The notes below the pieces were generated by a model. The model worked only from the letters and a program-made list of their open reading frames with translations. It ran no database searches and was not told the origin of the DNA. Positions 1 to 8,672 of a stretch of DNA of 61,506 nucleotides are shown in pieces. The stretch comes from a bacterium (GTDB taxonomy: Bacteria; Patescibacteriota; Minisyncoccia; Phycocordibacterales; UBA5272). Where the stretch lies: the NCBI GenBank assembly GCA_043719155.1, contig JAYSUJ010000038.1, positions 1 through 61,506 on the forward strand. The letters are read 5' to 3'. Each line of letters starts with the position of its first letter. Position 1 is the stretch's first letter. The position numbers and the translations under genes were made by a program.

Positions 1-55
1 GTGCTGGTCTTTGGAACTATCATCTGGATTTTGCAAATTAAATTGAAAACGGAAT

Positions 56-1327
56 TTGGGAGTGGTTTTTAAATTCTTAAAAGGGAGCGGGTCTAATGAT
101 TTAATACCTCAAAGTATTAATCCTCGTAAAATCACTAAAGCAGAAATTAAAGTATTGGAAGACTCACTTACTAAATTTGGTTTAGTTGAAATACCAGCTG
201 TGAATTTTGATAATACAATTCTCGCAGGTCATCAAAGGTGTATGATTTTAAAATTACTAAATCGTGGTGAAGAATTAATTGATGTTAGATACCCAAATAG
301 ACAGCTTGATACAGATGAAGCAAATAAGTATTTGCTGTTAAGTAACAAGTCAGGTGGCACTTGGGATTATGATCTACTTAAGAAATTTGACATGGGAATA
401 TTAGAGTTTGCGGGGTTCGATAAAATTGAATTATCAAAAGAATGGGATGGAATGCCTATTAAAAAAGTAAAAGAATTTGATGTAGATAAAGCTGTCAAAG
501 AAGTTAAAAACCCTATCACTAAGCTCGGAGATAGAATATTACTTGGAGATAATGTTCTCATCTGTGGTGACAGTACCGATTCAGACACAGTTAAAAGATT
601 AATGAATGGTAAAAAAGCTAGTCTCATAAATACAGATACGCCCTACAATCAAAATCTTGACTACAATAAAGGTGTAGGAGGTAATAATTCTAAAAGAAAT
701 TATGGCGGCGATGTGCAAGATGATTTACCAGACAGTGAATACAAAGAATTCGTTAGAAAAATAATGAAAAATGCACTCGATAACTCACATGAAGATGTAC
801 ATGCATTTTTCTGGTGCTCAGATTATTACATTTGGGTATTTCAAACGAACTATTTAGAGCTTGGACTGCAAAACAAGAGGGTTCTATCTTGGGTAAAAAA
901 CAATGCCTCGCCGACACCTATGGTCGCATTTAACAGAGCTACTGAAAGCTGTTGCTATGCAGTGAGAGGTAAACCGTATCTAAATGATACTATTAATAAT
1001 CTAAACGAGATACAAAATGATGATATCGGTACAGGTAATGAAATGCTAGATAATCTAAATAACTTACTTTTAGTTAAAAGATTATCTTCTAATAAATATC
1101 AGCATCCAACCGAGAAGAATCCTGAGGTTCACTTTAAAGCTTTAAAACGTTTCTCTAAAATAGGTGACATAGCACTCGATTTAACTGCTGGATCTGGCTC
1201 AATATTGACTGCGTGTCATGAGTTAAAGCGCATAGCATATATGTGCGAGCTCAATCCTGTATTTTGCGATGTAATAGTTAAAAGATATGAATTGTTAACT
1301 GGTAAAAAAGCAGAATATATTAAATAG
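56..1327 (+). CDS. ParB-like nuclease domain fused to N6-adenine/N4-cytosine DNA methyltransferase (phage type)
   Basis: N-terminus has INPRKI...ILAGHQR (ParB-like). A central TDTPYN (DPPY-type catalytic motif) precedes the C-terminal DLTAGSGS (FxGxG SAM motif), which is the beta-class order. The track uses a TTG start. Confidence 0.8.
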   Translation: MGVVFKFLKGSGSNDLIPQSINPRKITKAEIKVLEDSLTKFGLVEIPAVNFDNTILAGHQRCMILKLLNRGEELIDVRYPNRQLDTDEANKYLLLSNKSGGTWDYDLLKKFDMGILEFAGFDKIELSKEWDGMPIKKVKEFDVDKAVKEVKNPITKLGDRILLGDNVLICGDSTDSDTVKRLMNGKKASLINTDTPYNQNLDYNKGVGGNNSKRNYGGDVQDDLPDSEYKEFVRKIMKNALDNSHEDVHAFFWCSDYYIWVFQTNYLELGLQNKRVLSWVKNNASPTPMVAFNRATESCCYAVRGKPYLNDTINNLNEIQNDDIGTGNEMLDNLNNLLLVKRLSSNKYQHPTEKNPEVHFKALKRFSKIGDIALDLTAGSGSILTACHELKRIAYMCELNPVFCDVIVKRYELLTGKKAEYIK

Positions 1328-1328
1328 T

Positions 1329-1703
1329 ATGAAAACTAATCTCAAAAAAGAACTGCTCGAGCAACTGAAGACTATACCCATAGTGGAGCTAGCTTGTAGC
1401 AAGGTAGGAATATCTAGGCAGACATACTATCGCTGGTTAAAGTCTTCCAAAGATTTTTCTCTTCAAGTTGAAGAATCTAAAAAGCAAGGTGTTTCCTATG
1501 TAAATGATATGACTGAAACTGAACTCTTGAATTTAATTCAAGACAAGAATTTTCAAGCTGTAGCTTTTTGGTTAAAACATAGACATCCTGAGTATAGGAA
1601 TAAAGTGGAAATTACAACAGCAGAAAAAGATAAGGAATTAACCAAAGAGCAAAAAGAAATCATTAGTCAAACTATAAAGCAATTAACTAATCATGAAAAC
1701 TAA
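1329..1703 (+). CDS. HTH protein, putative terminase small subunit
   Basis: HTH-like segment VGISRQTYYRWLK. The gene lies immediately upstream of TerL and overlaps it by 11 nt. Confidence 0.5.
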   Translation: MKTNLKKELLEQLKTIPIVELACSKVGISRQTYYRWLKSSKDFSLQVEESKKQGVSYVNDMTETELLNLIQDKNFQAVAFWLKHRHPEYRNKVEITTAEKDKELTKEQKEIISQTIKQLTNHEN

Positions 1704-3168
1704 AATCATAATACCGAACAATCGTGCCGAAGCTGTTAAAAATCTAGATGACCCAGCCATTAGGGTTGGGGTGACAAAAAATTCTTTTCTTTTGTTTTTA
1801 CAAATATATTTTCCACATCATTTAAATTACAAATTAGCATATATGCACATGGAAATGATAAATATTTGTGAGTCTACAGAAATTGAGCTAGCCCTCATCA
1901 TGGCTTTTCGTGGATCAGGTAAATCTACCATTGTGTCTAATGCTTACCCGCTTTGGGCAATATTAGGAGCTCAAAAGAAAAAGTTTGTAGTCATAATTAC
2001 TAAAACTATTGATCAAGCTAAAATCATAATGAGAAACATTAAATCCGAAGCCGAAGACGAGGGATTTCTTAAAAAAGATTTAGGACCTTTTAAAGAAGTC
2101 TCTGATGAATGGGGAGCAGAAAGTATAATCTTCAAAAATGAAGATGCTAGGATTATGGTTTTATCTATTGAAAAAAGTTTAAAAGGTATAAAGCATAGGC
2201 AACATAGACCAGACTTGATAATCCTAGATGATGTGGAAGACAATGAATCTACAAAGACAAGGGCTGGTAGGGACAAAACTTTTGAAAAGTATGTGCGTGA
2301 GATAGTCCCACTCGGTGATAAAAATACCAAGATACTCCATGTTGGAAATATGCTACATAATAATTCTCTCATGATGCGATTATCTGAAAATATCTTAAGT
2401 ACCGACAGTCATCAAGTCTTTAAAAGATATCCAATTATAGACGAGAAGAACAATATATTGTGGCAAAGTAAATTTACTGATCTTTTGGAAATTGAAAAGC
2501 TAAGAAAGAAAGTTGGAGATGAAGTGGCATGGCATTTAGAATACTTACTCAGAGTCATAGCTAATGTCGGGCAAATTGTTAACCCTAAAGATATACAGTT
2601 TTATGATAATATTCCAGCTAATAAAATATCTAGAGACGGATATTTTCCAACTAGGAAAATCATAGTTGGTATAGACTTGGCTATTTCTGAAAGTAACAAC
2701 GCTGACTTTACCGCAATAGTCCCAGTGCTATACAACAAAGTAAATGATAAATGGGAAGCCTATGTACTCAAAGAGTTTGTACATAAAAGACTACAATTTC
2801 CAGAAGTTATAAAAATAATAATGGAATTAAATAAATCATTAAAACTCTATACTAATAATATTGAGTTTGCAGTTGAAAGTGTGGGTTATCAAGAAGCAGT
2901 AGTACAAGCTGTAAAAGCTGAGGATGAATATGTAGAAATAGTTGGTGTAGGCGTAAGGCTAGGTAAAGAAGAAAGACTGAGATCCATTACTCCTATGTTT
3001 TCAAATAAATTACTATTCTTCCCAAGTGTTGGTGCTGAAGTATTGATAGAAGAGATTTTAGGCTTTGGTAGTGAAAAGCATGATGACTTGGTAGACGCTT
3101 TAGTGTATGCACTACGCCGTGGTTATGAAAGTATTTTAAATACTGAAGAGGTATTTATTGCAGAATAA
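1693..3168 (+). CDS. Phage terminase large subunit
   Basis: Walker A FRGSGKST, Walker B DLIILDDVED, and a C-terminal RNaseH-like nuclease region (GIDLAIS...DFTAIV...HDDLVDAL). The 491 aa size fits. Confidence 0.85.
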   Translation: MKTKIIIPNNRAEAVKNLDDPAIRVGVTKNSFLLFLQIYFPHHLNYKLAYMHMEMINICESTEIELALIMAFRGSGKSTIVSNAYPLWAILGAQKKKFVVIITKTIDQAKIIMRNIKSEAEDEGFLKKDLGPFKEVSDEWGAESIIFKNEDARIMVLSIEKSLKGIKHRQHRPDLIILDDVEDNESTKTRAGRDKTFEKYVREIVPLGDKNTKILHVGNMLHNNSLMMRLSENILSTDSHQVFKRYPIIDEKNNILWQSKFTDLLEIEKLRKKVGDEVAWHLEYLLRVIANVGQIVNPKDIQFYDNIPANKISRDGYFPTRKIIVGIDLAISESNNADFTAIVPVLYNKVNDKWEAYVLKEFVHKRLQFPEVIKIIMELNKSLKLYTNNIEFAVESVGYQEAVVQAVKAEDEYVEIVGVGVRLGKEERLRSITPMFSNKLLFFPSVGAEVLIEEILGFGSEKHDDLVDALVYALRRGYESILNTEEVFIAE

Positions 3169-3987
3169 TTAAAGCCTTGAAAAATCCACCCCAAACTCCT
3201 CCTCTACAAACGAGAGAGTCTTTGGTTGCGCCGTTAGACTAGCCTTTATGAGCTGAGTAGTAAATAGTCCTGACTTTACTTTCCATTTGGCTTCAGACTT
3301 TTTGAAAGTTTTGCTCCAAGTTATACCTACTACATATTCAGATTTATCTATGTCATCTTGATTCTTAAATAATCCTGTTGATTCTAAATTGTATTCACTT
3401 AAATACTTATCTTTGTATTTAAAATCTTTAGCTTTAACGGCTGTTTCATTTACTTTCCCAACTCCAACATAGCCGTGATTCTTAAGATAAGCTACTACTA
3501 TGTCTCCTTTGTTTAAACTGCGTATTGGGTCACTCCATTTCGGATCTTGTCCGCCTGCAAGGAAGCCGTATTTGATAGAGTCTTCCCAAGATCAAAATAG
3601 ATCTTTACCTTCTCCTACATTTACATAATATATACCATTTTTAAAATCAAATTCTGGTAAGTCATCACGGTAGAGCGTAAAGTGTGGACGGAATTTATTT
3701 GCAAACATTCCACTAGATTTGTTAGTGAGTGTTCTACCTAATTTCCATATGAGTGTCTTTTCTATTAAAAATGCTTCTCGCTCAGTTAAATCTTTAGCTA
3801 TAACTCTTATCATAGGTTCTAAACCTTCTTTTTTGATAGCTTTGATACGCATAGCTTTCTCACTATCACTATCATCTTTTAAATGAGCTTCTTTTCTATT
3901 TCCTTTACCTTTACCATAGTAAAAGTCTTCGAAGTTACGAGGGTCGATGTAGACGTAGACGTAAAACTCAGAATTAATTTCTGTCAT
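3169..3987 (-). pseudogene. GIY-YIG nuclease gene with one in-frame TGA (either an interrupted or a recoded/readthrough gene)
   Basis: The track ORF 3592..3987 has a GIY-YIG motif (YVYVYID...YYGKGKGNR). Directly after its TGA the same frame stays open for about 140 more codons (SWEDSIKYGFLAGGQDPKW...EEEFGVDFSRL) down to a TAA at about 3169. That stretch has no ATG/GTG/TTG start until its last few codons. Confidence 0.6.
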
Positions 3988-4020
3988 ATATTTGTAGCGG
4001 TTTAAATATATTTAAAATTA

Positions 4021-4467
4021 TTAATCTTTTAATTCATCTAATAACTTTTTGAGCTTGTAAGGATTCGCTACATTGTATAGGACAACTTCTTCACCTCCAG
4101 ACCCTGCTGTATTTATAGCTATTGTTCCTGACTTTGTGAGCAGTCTTTGAAAGAAAGATTCGGATACAAAAACATCAGTTATTTTATTATAATCAATACT
4201 TGTTAAATTGGTAGACAGCCAACCTCTGTGTATAAGAACTCTTTTGTTTGTAAAAGCATAAATATTTGCTTTCTTTAAGTAAAAGAAATAATAGAAAGCT
4301 GGGAAAATTGCACCAAGTCCAAGTAAAGCTAATGTAAATATTCCGAGCACTATTGTCCAGAATCCTCCCCAGATATTTATATATCTGTTGCTTATAGAAA
4401 ATTCTTCTTTAATAATTTCATCTTTAGATAAAACTTTTTGCCAAGTGGCATTTGTTTGTGTATTCAT
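4021..4467 (-). CDS. Membrane protein with bacterial PH domain (YdbS/bPH_2-like)
   Basis: Two adjacent TM helices are followed by YAFTNKRVLIHRGWLS...IDYNKITDV, which is typical of bPH_2 proteins. Confidence 0.6.
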   Translation of the reverse strand: MNTQTNATWQKVLSKDEIIKEEFSISNRYINIWGGFWTIVLGIFTLALLGLGAIFPAFYYFFYLKKANIYAFTNKRVLIHRGWLSTNLTSIDYNKITDVFVSESFFQRLLTKSGTIAINTAGSGGEEVVLYNVANPYKLKKLLDELKD

Positions 4468-4526
4468 GTTTTTGTAGCGGATTTTTAAATTGATAAAAAG
4501 CGAAATAGAATCTTGAGCCTTGAGAC

Positions 4527-4634
4527 AAAAGACTCCTCGCCATTGTTGTAAAAGTATTTCTACTTTTACACATACCAGTTTCCTAGTACGACCGCTACAG
4601 TGACTCTGACGAGGAGTCTTTTATACTGTAGCGG
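4527..4634 (+). promoter_or_regulatory. Highly structured non-coding element (nested perfect inverted repeats)
   Basis: A 13-bp stem pairs 4527-4539 with 4610-4622. An inner 10-bp hairpin pairs 4547-4556 with 4561-4570. A competing 9-bp pairing joins 4592-4600 with 4626-4634. No ORF is present. Confidence 0.4.
4585..4610 (+). repeat. Direct repeat copy 1: AGTACGACCGCTACA(GTG)ACTCTGAC
   Basis: Near-identical to 10700-10723. The two copies bracket the DGR/AAA+/vWA module. Confidence 0.6.
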
Positions 4635-4783
4635 ATTTAAAACCGTATTTTTCTGAAAAAAAACCTTAGGTTTCGTATTTAGAATAATAGCATATTCTCT
4701 ACTATTATTCTACCTATATTATATCGCAGAACCTTGAAAAGTTAGAGGATTGATTTTTAATTTTATGATATAATATATCTATT

Positions 4784-5164
4784 ATGGAAAACTTACAAAC
4801 ATTTTTAGAAAAAATAGTAAGCACGACTTCGGTGTCAGCTATTATCACCAGCAAAGAAAATGTTTCTGAAATAGAAAAAGTTTTAACTTCAAACTCTTTT
4901 TCTAAAACAGAAAACATTGATAAATTACAAGATAATTTAATTTTAAAAAGAAAAGTATTCATTTCTGATATTTATGAAAATAATGTTTTAGATTGGTATG
5001 ATGTAGCACATGGATTTTCTAGTGGGCAAATAATAATCGAAGAAAAAAACATTCGCATAAATCCTAATTATGAAAAGATGAATATTATCTATATTCTAGA
5101 AAAAGAAATAGTAGAAAAATATCCAAAATTATTAGAAGTAATTTCATTAACTTTAACAATGTAA
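4784..5164 (+). CDS. Hypothetical protein, first gene of the DGR target operon
   Basis: ORF with an extended -10 box (TGATATAAT at about 4766-4774) 9 nt upstream of the ATG. A 4-nt gap separates it from the next CDS. Confidence 0.5.
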   Translation: MENLQTFLEKIVSTTSVSAIITSKENVSEIEKVLTSNSFSKTENIDKLQDNLILKRKVFISDIYENNVLDWYDVAHGFSSGQIIIEEKNIRINPNYEKMNIIYILEKEIVEKYPKLLEVISLTLTM

Positions 5165-5168
5165 TTTT

Positions 5169-6842
5169 ATGATAACTCCAGAACAAAGACCATTGCAAGC
5201 TATAATTCCAGAAACTGTAAACGTGCATGGTATAGAATTAAAAAGAGCAAAAATAACAACAGGTGCTCCCAAAAAAGAATCCTTTACTGACTATGTAGAA
5301 GATGGTATGGCTGTAGAAATGCAACAAAAAGTTGCAAAGGCTTGGCTCATGGATGAGCCGGTACTACTTGAGGGAGGCACATCACTTGGTAAAACAAGAA
5401 CAGTTCTAAAGATGTGCTCCGATCTTGGATATGAAGCTCATAAACTTGTTCTAAGTAGAGAAACAGACAGAATGGAAATCTTAGGTAGTCCCACCGTAAA
5501 CCCAGATCAAGGTACAAAAACTGAAACTGGAGAAACTGATGAAAGAAAATTCATAATTGTGCTAAGTCAATTAGTAAAAGCTATACAACCAGAAGATGGG
5601 AAAATTAAAGTTTGTATTGTTGATGAATTTAATTCAGCTATGCCCGGGGTTGTTATACGTCTACATGAAATATTAGATGCATATAAATTTAATAGTTCGG
5701 AATTAGTTTTTGCCGAGCTTGGTGGGTTAAAAGTAAAGATAGACAGAAGTAAGGTAAAATTTGTTGCTCTAATGAACCCACCAGGAAATGGATATAGTGA
5801 CAGAAATCAAATTGATCCTGCAAACCTTCGTCGCTGGGTATATCAGAAACTACCAAACTCTATGCCAGAAGATGTACTTAGAGACTCAATAGATACAGTA
5901 TTTGGTTTAGATTCGAAAGCAAAGGCTGAAACTTCTGTTACTCCAATTTTGAATAATAAGGAAGCCTTACCTCTTTCAGAATTTGAAAACATTAAAGGAA
6001 TTAGAGAGATATTACCTCAGTATTTAGCTTTTCATGAATCAATAAAAGCACAAATAGGACAAAGGCAAATAGCAAATGGTCAGCCACAAAGATTTACTTT
6101 TGACGATAGAGAAGAACCAAGAAGAGTGAGAAATTACATTGCTCAATTCTATCGTGGTGATATAAATGAAACAATGCAAGAAGCTCTTAGATATATTTAT
6201 GGGGGTAAAATAACAGACGACACAGAAAAAGCGAAAGTAGAAGAAATCATAAGAAAAGTTGCAGTTTTAGACAGCTCAAACAAAGATCGTAAAGGTTTAG
6301 CTGAACATACAGCAGAATCGCAGCCAATTCCTAGTGACCCTGCTTTTTGGCAAAAACCGGACATACAATCCATCATGGATAAGGACTTAGTGAAAGGAGT
6401 AGAATCTTCTCCAGGTATCATAAATTTAGAAACGAAAGGTTTTAAAGGTAAAACAGCTACACAGCTTATAGATCAAGGTAAATATGACGATATAGGAAGT
6501 TATCCAAAAGAATATGATAGACCAGAAGATAAAATTACATCTGACTCTTTAGAGGTAACTTTTTTAAATCCTACTAAGTCTAGAAAAACTACTGATATAA
6601 AAGCTGAGATGGATAGGCTGGGAGTTAGACCTCTTAATGCCCATGAACTATATGCGCTAGGTATAAAATACCCAGAGTTACAAAGAAAACAAGCTTTAAT
6701 AGCTTTAGGTTCTGCTAAAACTTTCGACGGTGGTACTCGCTTCCCGTATCTCTGGAGGGATGGCTCTGGTCGTAAGGTGTTCACGGGTGTCGGTAGTGAC
6801 GACTGGAATGATATTTGTCGTTTCCCTGTTGTCCGTAAATAG
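5169..6842 (+). CDS. DGR variable protein: N-terminal MoxR/CobS-type AAA+ ATPase with C-terminal lectin-like variable domain
   Basis: Walker A GGTSLGKT and Walker B KVCIVDEFN. The last 40 codons form the VR (KTFDGGTRFPYLWRDGSGRKVFTGVGSDDWNDICRFPVVRK). Confidence 0.85.
   Translation: MITPEQRPLQAIIPETVNVHGIELKRAKITTGAPKKESFTDYVEDGMAVEMQQKVAKAWLMDEPVLLEGGTSLGKTRTVLKMCSDLGYEAHKLVLSRETDRMEILGSPTVNPDQGTKTETGETDERKFIIVLSQLVKAIQPEDGKIKVCIVDEFNSAMPGVVIRLHEILDAYKFNSSELVFAELGGLKVKIDRSKVKFVALMNPPGNGYSDRNQIDPANLRRWVYQKLPNSMPEDVLRDSIDTVFGLDSKAKAETSVTPILNNKEALPLSEFENIKGIREILPQYLAFHESIKAQIGQRQIANGQPQRFTFDDREEPRRVRNYIAQFYRGDINETMQEALRYIYGGKITDDTEKAKVEEIIRKVAVLDSSNKDRKGLAEHTAESQPIPSDPAFWQKPDIQSIMDKDLVKGVESSPGIINLETKGFKGKTATQLIDQGKYDDIGSYPKEYDRPEDKITSDSLEVTFLNPTKSRKTTDIKAEMDRLGVRPLNAHELYALGIKYPELQRKQALIALGSAKTFDGGTRFPYLWRDGSGRKVFTGVGSDDWNDICRFPVVRK
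6719..6840 (+). repeat. DGR variable region (VR)
   Basis: 122-nt repeat aligned to TR without indels. There are 14 mismatches, 12 of them opposite TR adenines. Confidence 0.9.
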
Positions 6843-7175
6843 ATCTTGATCTTAAAATATTTATCTTTTGAATCTTTTTATTTTTCTTTTTTGATATATA
6901 ATATATATCGAGAGTATGGAATCTATACATGTACATGTTATATGCATGCCAGAAATCAATACACCTAAACGTCAGATTATAAGATTTTGTGCCTTTGCTC
7001 ACAGAGGGTAAAGGAAAGTTTGAAAACCTTGGTTTTCAAAAGCGCAAAATTTTTTAGAGTACTTTAGGGTTTCTTTGAAACAGTATTTGGTGTATATAAT
7101 AAATGTATTTAAATACAGACAAATTTTCAAACATTGTATAAGTATGATGTTGGTGGCATAGACTATTATATACGC

Positions 7176-7297
7176 AACTTTCGACGGTGATACTCACTTC
7201 CCGTATCTCTGGAGGAATGACTCTAGTCGTAAGGTGAACACGAATATCGACAATGACGACTGGAATGATATTTGTCGTTTCCCTGTTGTCCGCAAAT
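7176..7297 (+). repeat. DGR template region (TR)
   Basis: The invariant copy is non-coding in context. Read in the variable-protein frame it has Asn AAC/AAT codons at the variable sites. Confidence 0.9.
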
Positions 7298-7313
7298 GCA
7301 TGAATCAAAAAAA

Positions 7314-7345
7314 GAAAAGCACTAGTATTGATACTAGTGCTTTTC
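7314..7345. terminator. Perfect 14-bp hairpin (GAAAAGCACTAGTA-TTGA-TACTAGTGCTTTTC) between TR and avd
   Basis: It overlaps the avd stop codon. On the minus strand it is followed by a T-run, so it looks like the avd terminator. On the plus strand it sits about 17 nt after the TR end. Confidence 0.6.
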
Positions 7346-7732
7346 TGATTCCTTTAAGGCTTTATTATACCAGCCTGATAAAATTTTACTACATTCATCT
7401 AACTCTTTTATCAAATGTTCAAATTGTGATAATTTTATAGCATTAATTTCTGTGCCGATGCCTAATAGAAATTTTGTAGTGTCCAAATTCATGGATGCTC
7501 TTTTAATTAAAATGGGTCTAGTTTTATCTTTTGTGTTTATGGCTAAATGTATATCACTTATACAATTCACAAAAAGTGTGTCTATTTTTGTGCCTAAACT
7601 ATATCTATGAATTTTAGGAAATAGTATAATAATACTATGCCAAATTTTATAAGCAGTTTGAACTTTCAGAATAATTGTGGGTGTAGTATAGGTAGCGGTC
7701 ATACTAATAAATACATTATACAATATAATCAA
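7334..7732 (-). CDS. avd: Avd-like four-helix-bundle accessory protein (likely start at the internal Met, about 7702)
   Basis: The LFPKIHRYSLGTKID pattern and about 120 aa size are typical of Avd / S23-IVS four-helix-bundle proteins. It sits between TR and RT but on the opposite strand. Confidence 0.75.
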   Translation of the reverse strand: MIILYNVFISMTATYTTPTIILKVQTAYKIWHSIIILFPKIHRYSLGTKIDTLFVNCISDIHLAINTKDKTRPILIKRASMNLDTTKFLLGIGTEINAIKLSQFEHLIKELDECSKILSGWYNKALKESEKH

Positions 7733-8662
7733 TTAATTACACTAGAAAATTTGTATCGCTCTTGGGAAAAGTTTAAGAAAAGTAAAAGTAGCAGAGATGA
7801 CGTGGATAAGTTTGCGGTAAACTTGTTTACCAATCTTTTAAAAATAAAAAATGATTTGGAGCAGAATAAATTTGTTCACGATTCTTATCAAAATTTCATA
7901 GTATTTGACGTCAAAACTAGAATAATACATAAAGCAACTATCAGGGATAGAATTGTAAACAGATTAATGTATGATGAATTGGTTAAAATTTTTGATAAGA
8001 AATTTATTTTTGACTCATATTCTTGCAGAAAAGGAAAAGGCACTTTAAGAGCTTTGGAAAGGTATAAATATTTTTTTGGAAAAATTACAAAAAACTATAC
8101 AAAACAAGCTTGGGTTTTAAAGTTTGATATCAAAAAATGCTTTCAAAATGTAGACACAGAAATTTTAAAAAACTTACTTCAAAAACAGATTTGCGAATCA
8201 AATTTTCTAAACTTGAATTTCAGTATCATAGACTCATTTAAAAAATATGACATGGGCTTACCTTTAGGTAATTTAACATCTCAAATTTATTTAAATATTT
8301 ATTTGCACCAATTAGATTTTTATTGCAAAAATACTTTGAAAATAAAATACTATATCCGCTATGCTGATGATGTAGTTTGCATGTTTGAAAGTGAAGAATT
8401 TGCAGAAGAAACTCTCAAGAAGATACTTGAATTTACAAAAAATAAGCTAAAAATTGAACTACACAAAATACAAATTAAAACTATCTATAGTGGGACAGAT
8501 TTTTTAGGGTGGAAACATTACAAAAGTCATAGAACTATGAGGAAAAACACAGCATCTAAAATGATAGAAAATTTATCTGACAAAAATATCACAAGTTATC
8601 TGGGCTTACTTAATTTTGGAAGTGGCTATAAATTACAAGAAAAAATCAAAAAAATGATATAA
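7637..8662 (+). CDS. DGR reverse transcriptase
   Basis: Has LPLGNLTSQ (the DGR-specific [I/L]GxxxSQ motif), an IRYADDVV (YxDD) catalytic box, and RDRIV and DSYSCRKGKG motifs. The true start is uncertain because the annotated 5' end overlaps the avd 5' end. Confidence 0.9.
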   Translation: MPNFISSLNFQNNCGCSIGSGHTNKYIIQYNQLITLENLYRSWEKFKKSKSSRDDVDKFAVNLFTNLLKIKNDLEQNKFVHDSYQNFIVFDVKTRIIHKATIRDRIVNRLMYDELVKIFDKKFIFDSYSCRKGKGTLRALERYKYFFGKITKNYTKQAWVLKFDIKKCFQNVDTEILKNLLQKQICESNFLNLNFSIIDSFKKYDMGLPLGNLTSQIYLNIYLHQLDFYCKNTLKIKYYIRYADDVVCMFESEEFAEETLKKILEFTKNKLKIELHKIQIKTIYSGTDFLGWKHYKSHRTMRKNTASKMIENLSDKNITSYLGLLNFGSGYKLQEKIKKMI

Positions 8663-8672
8663 TGTAACTATT

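Larger units (their letters stand above)
5169..8662 (+). mobile_element. Diversity-generating retroelement cassette (variable protein/VR, TR, avd, RT)
   Basis: VR/TR repeat with adenine-specific mismatches, an Avd-like ORF, and an RT with DGR signature motifs. Confidence 0.9.

Noticed and set aside
1-72. Frame-1 open reading from the window edge (VLVFGTIIWILQIKLKTEFGSGF*) as the C-terminus of an upstream gene
   Set aside because: Only 23 codons are visible. It is plausible but cannot be supported from this window.
6781-7440. Track ORFs 6781..7002(-), 7054..7308(-) and 7234..7440(+) in the VR-TR interval
   Set aside because: They lie in the non-coding spacer or TR of the DGR. ORF 7234..7440 is simply the TR read in the variable-protein frame (NTNIDNDDWNDICRFPVVRK) running on into the avd antisense strand. 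The others are short, low-complexity and lack any start context.
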